Below, piece by piece: positions 63,540 through 64,000 of a DNA stretch of 64,000 nt. Under the pieces are notes generated by a model that saw nothing but the letters and a program-made list of their open reading frames with translations, searched no databases and had not been told where the DNA came from. Each line of letters begins with the position of its first letter. The stretch's first letter is position 1. The stretch covers positions 36,520,001 to 36,584,000 of the forward strand of contig NC_045697.1 in NCBI RefSeq assembly GCF_009834535.1, written 5' to 3'. The position numbers and the translations under genes were made by a program. The stretch comes from Camelus ferus (Eukaryota).

Positions 63540-64000
63540 GAGGGAGATTAAGAGGTACAAACTTCCAGCTCCAAAATGAATGACTCAGAGAGACCCACTT
63601 CAGAGCTAGAGACGCATGCAGGCTGAAAGTAAGGGGATGGACAAAGAAAGATGGACTAGCAATTCTTATCTCAGACACAATAGATTTTAAGAAAACAAAA
63701 TGACTTCAGGGGATGAAATGGACAGTGTGGGATATATAGTCAGTAATGATGTAATGGCTTCATAGGGTGACATTTTGTAACTAGACTTATCGTGGTGATC
63801 ATTTTGTAATGCACAGAAATATCAAATCACTATGTAGTGCACTAGGAGCTAACACAGTGTTTGTTGTAGGTCAATTATACTTCCATAAATGAGCAAACTC
63901 ATAGAAAAATAGATCAGAAATGTAGTTACCAGAGGGGGGGGAGGGGAACTGGATGAAAGAGGTGAAAAGATAGAAACGTCTGGTTGTAACACACGTATGT
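63540..64000 (+). mobile_element. L1 3' UTR (L1MA/MB-like), running off the window, with an inserted L1 endonuclease-region fragment
   Basis: AGAGGTACAAACTTCCAG…AACTAGACTTATCGTGGTGATCATTTTGTAATG…GTAGTTACCAGAGG, similar to 7180-7380. Confidence 0.85.

Noticed and set aside
1..64000. CRISPR arrays, operons, prophage or defence-type systems
   Set aside because: The sequence is a mammalian intron-rich locus with no repeat-spacer array and no prokaryotic gene organisation.

Overview
This is mammalian genomic DNA, not prokaryotic. The tRNA-derived SINE type and the L1 3' ends suggest a cetartiodactyl, most likely a camelid. The window lies inside the LNX1 gene (Ligand of Numb protein X 1, a RING/PDZ E3 ligase) on the minus strand. 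It contains three recognisable exons: the Zn-RING-Zn exon with the long (p80-type) start (59667-59175), the alternative RING-less (p70-type) first coding exon (CDS 51115-51024), and the shared 242-bp exon carrying the Numb-binding NPAY motif (1180-939). Both upstream exons end in phase 2 and splice in frame to the shared exon. The rest is intron filled with L1, L2, MIR, MaLR/ERV LTRs, DNA-transposon fossils and three young tRNA SINEs. Almost all other ORFs in the track are spurious or decayed repeats. I see no new multi-gene system. The best leads concern LNX1 isoform control: a recursive-splice-like AG|GTTAGT start of the RING exon, uORFs, a signal-peptide-like p70 N-terminus, a candidate extra first exon and an intronic GC-box/CCAAT element. 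There are also a few unusual retrotransposition footprints. Repeat family names come from recalled consensus motifs, and repeat boundaries are approximate.
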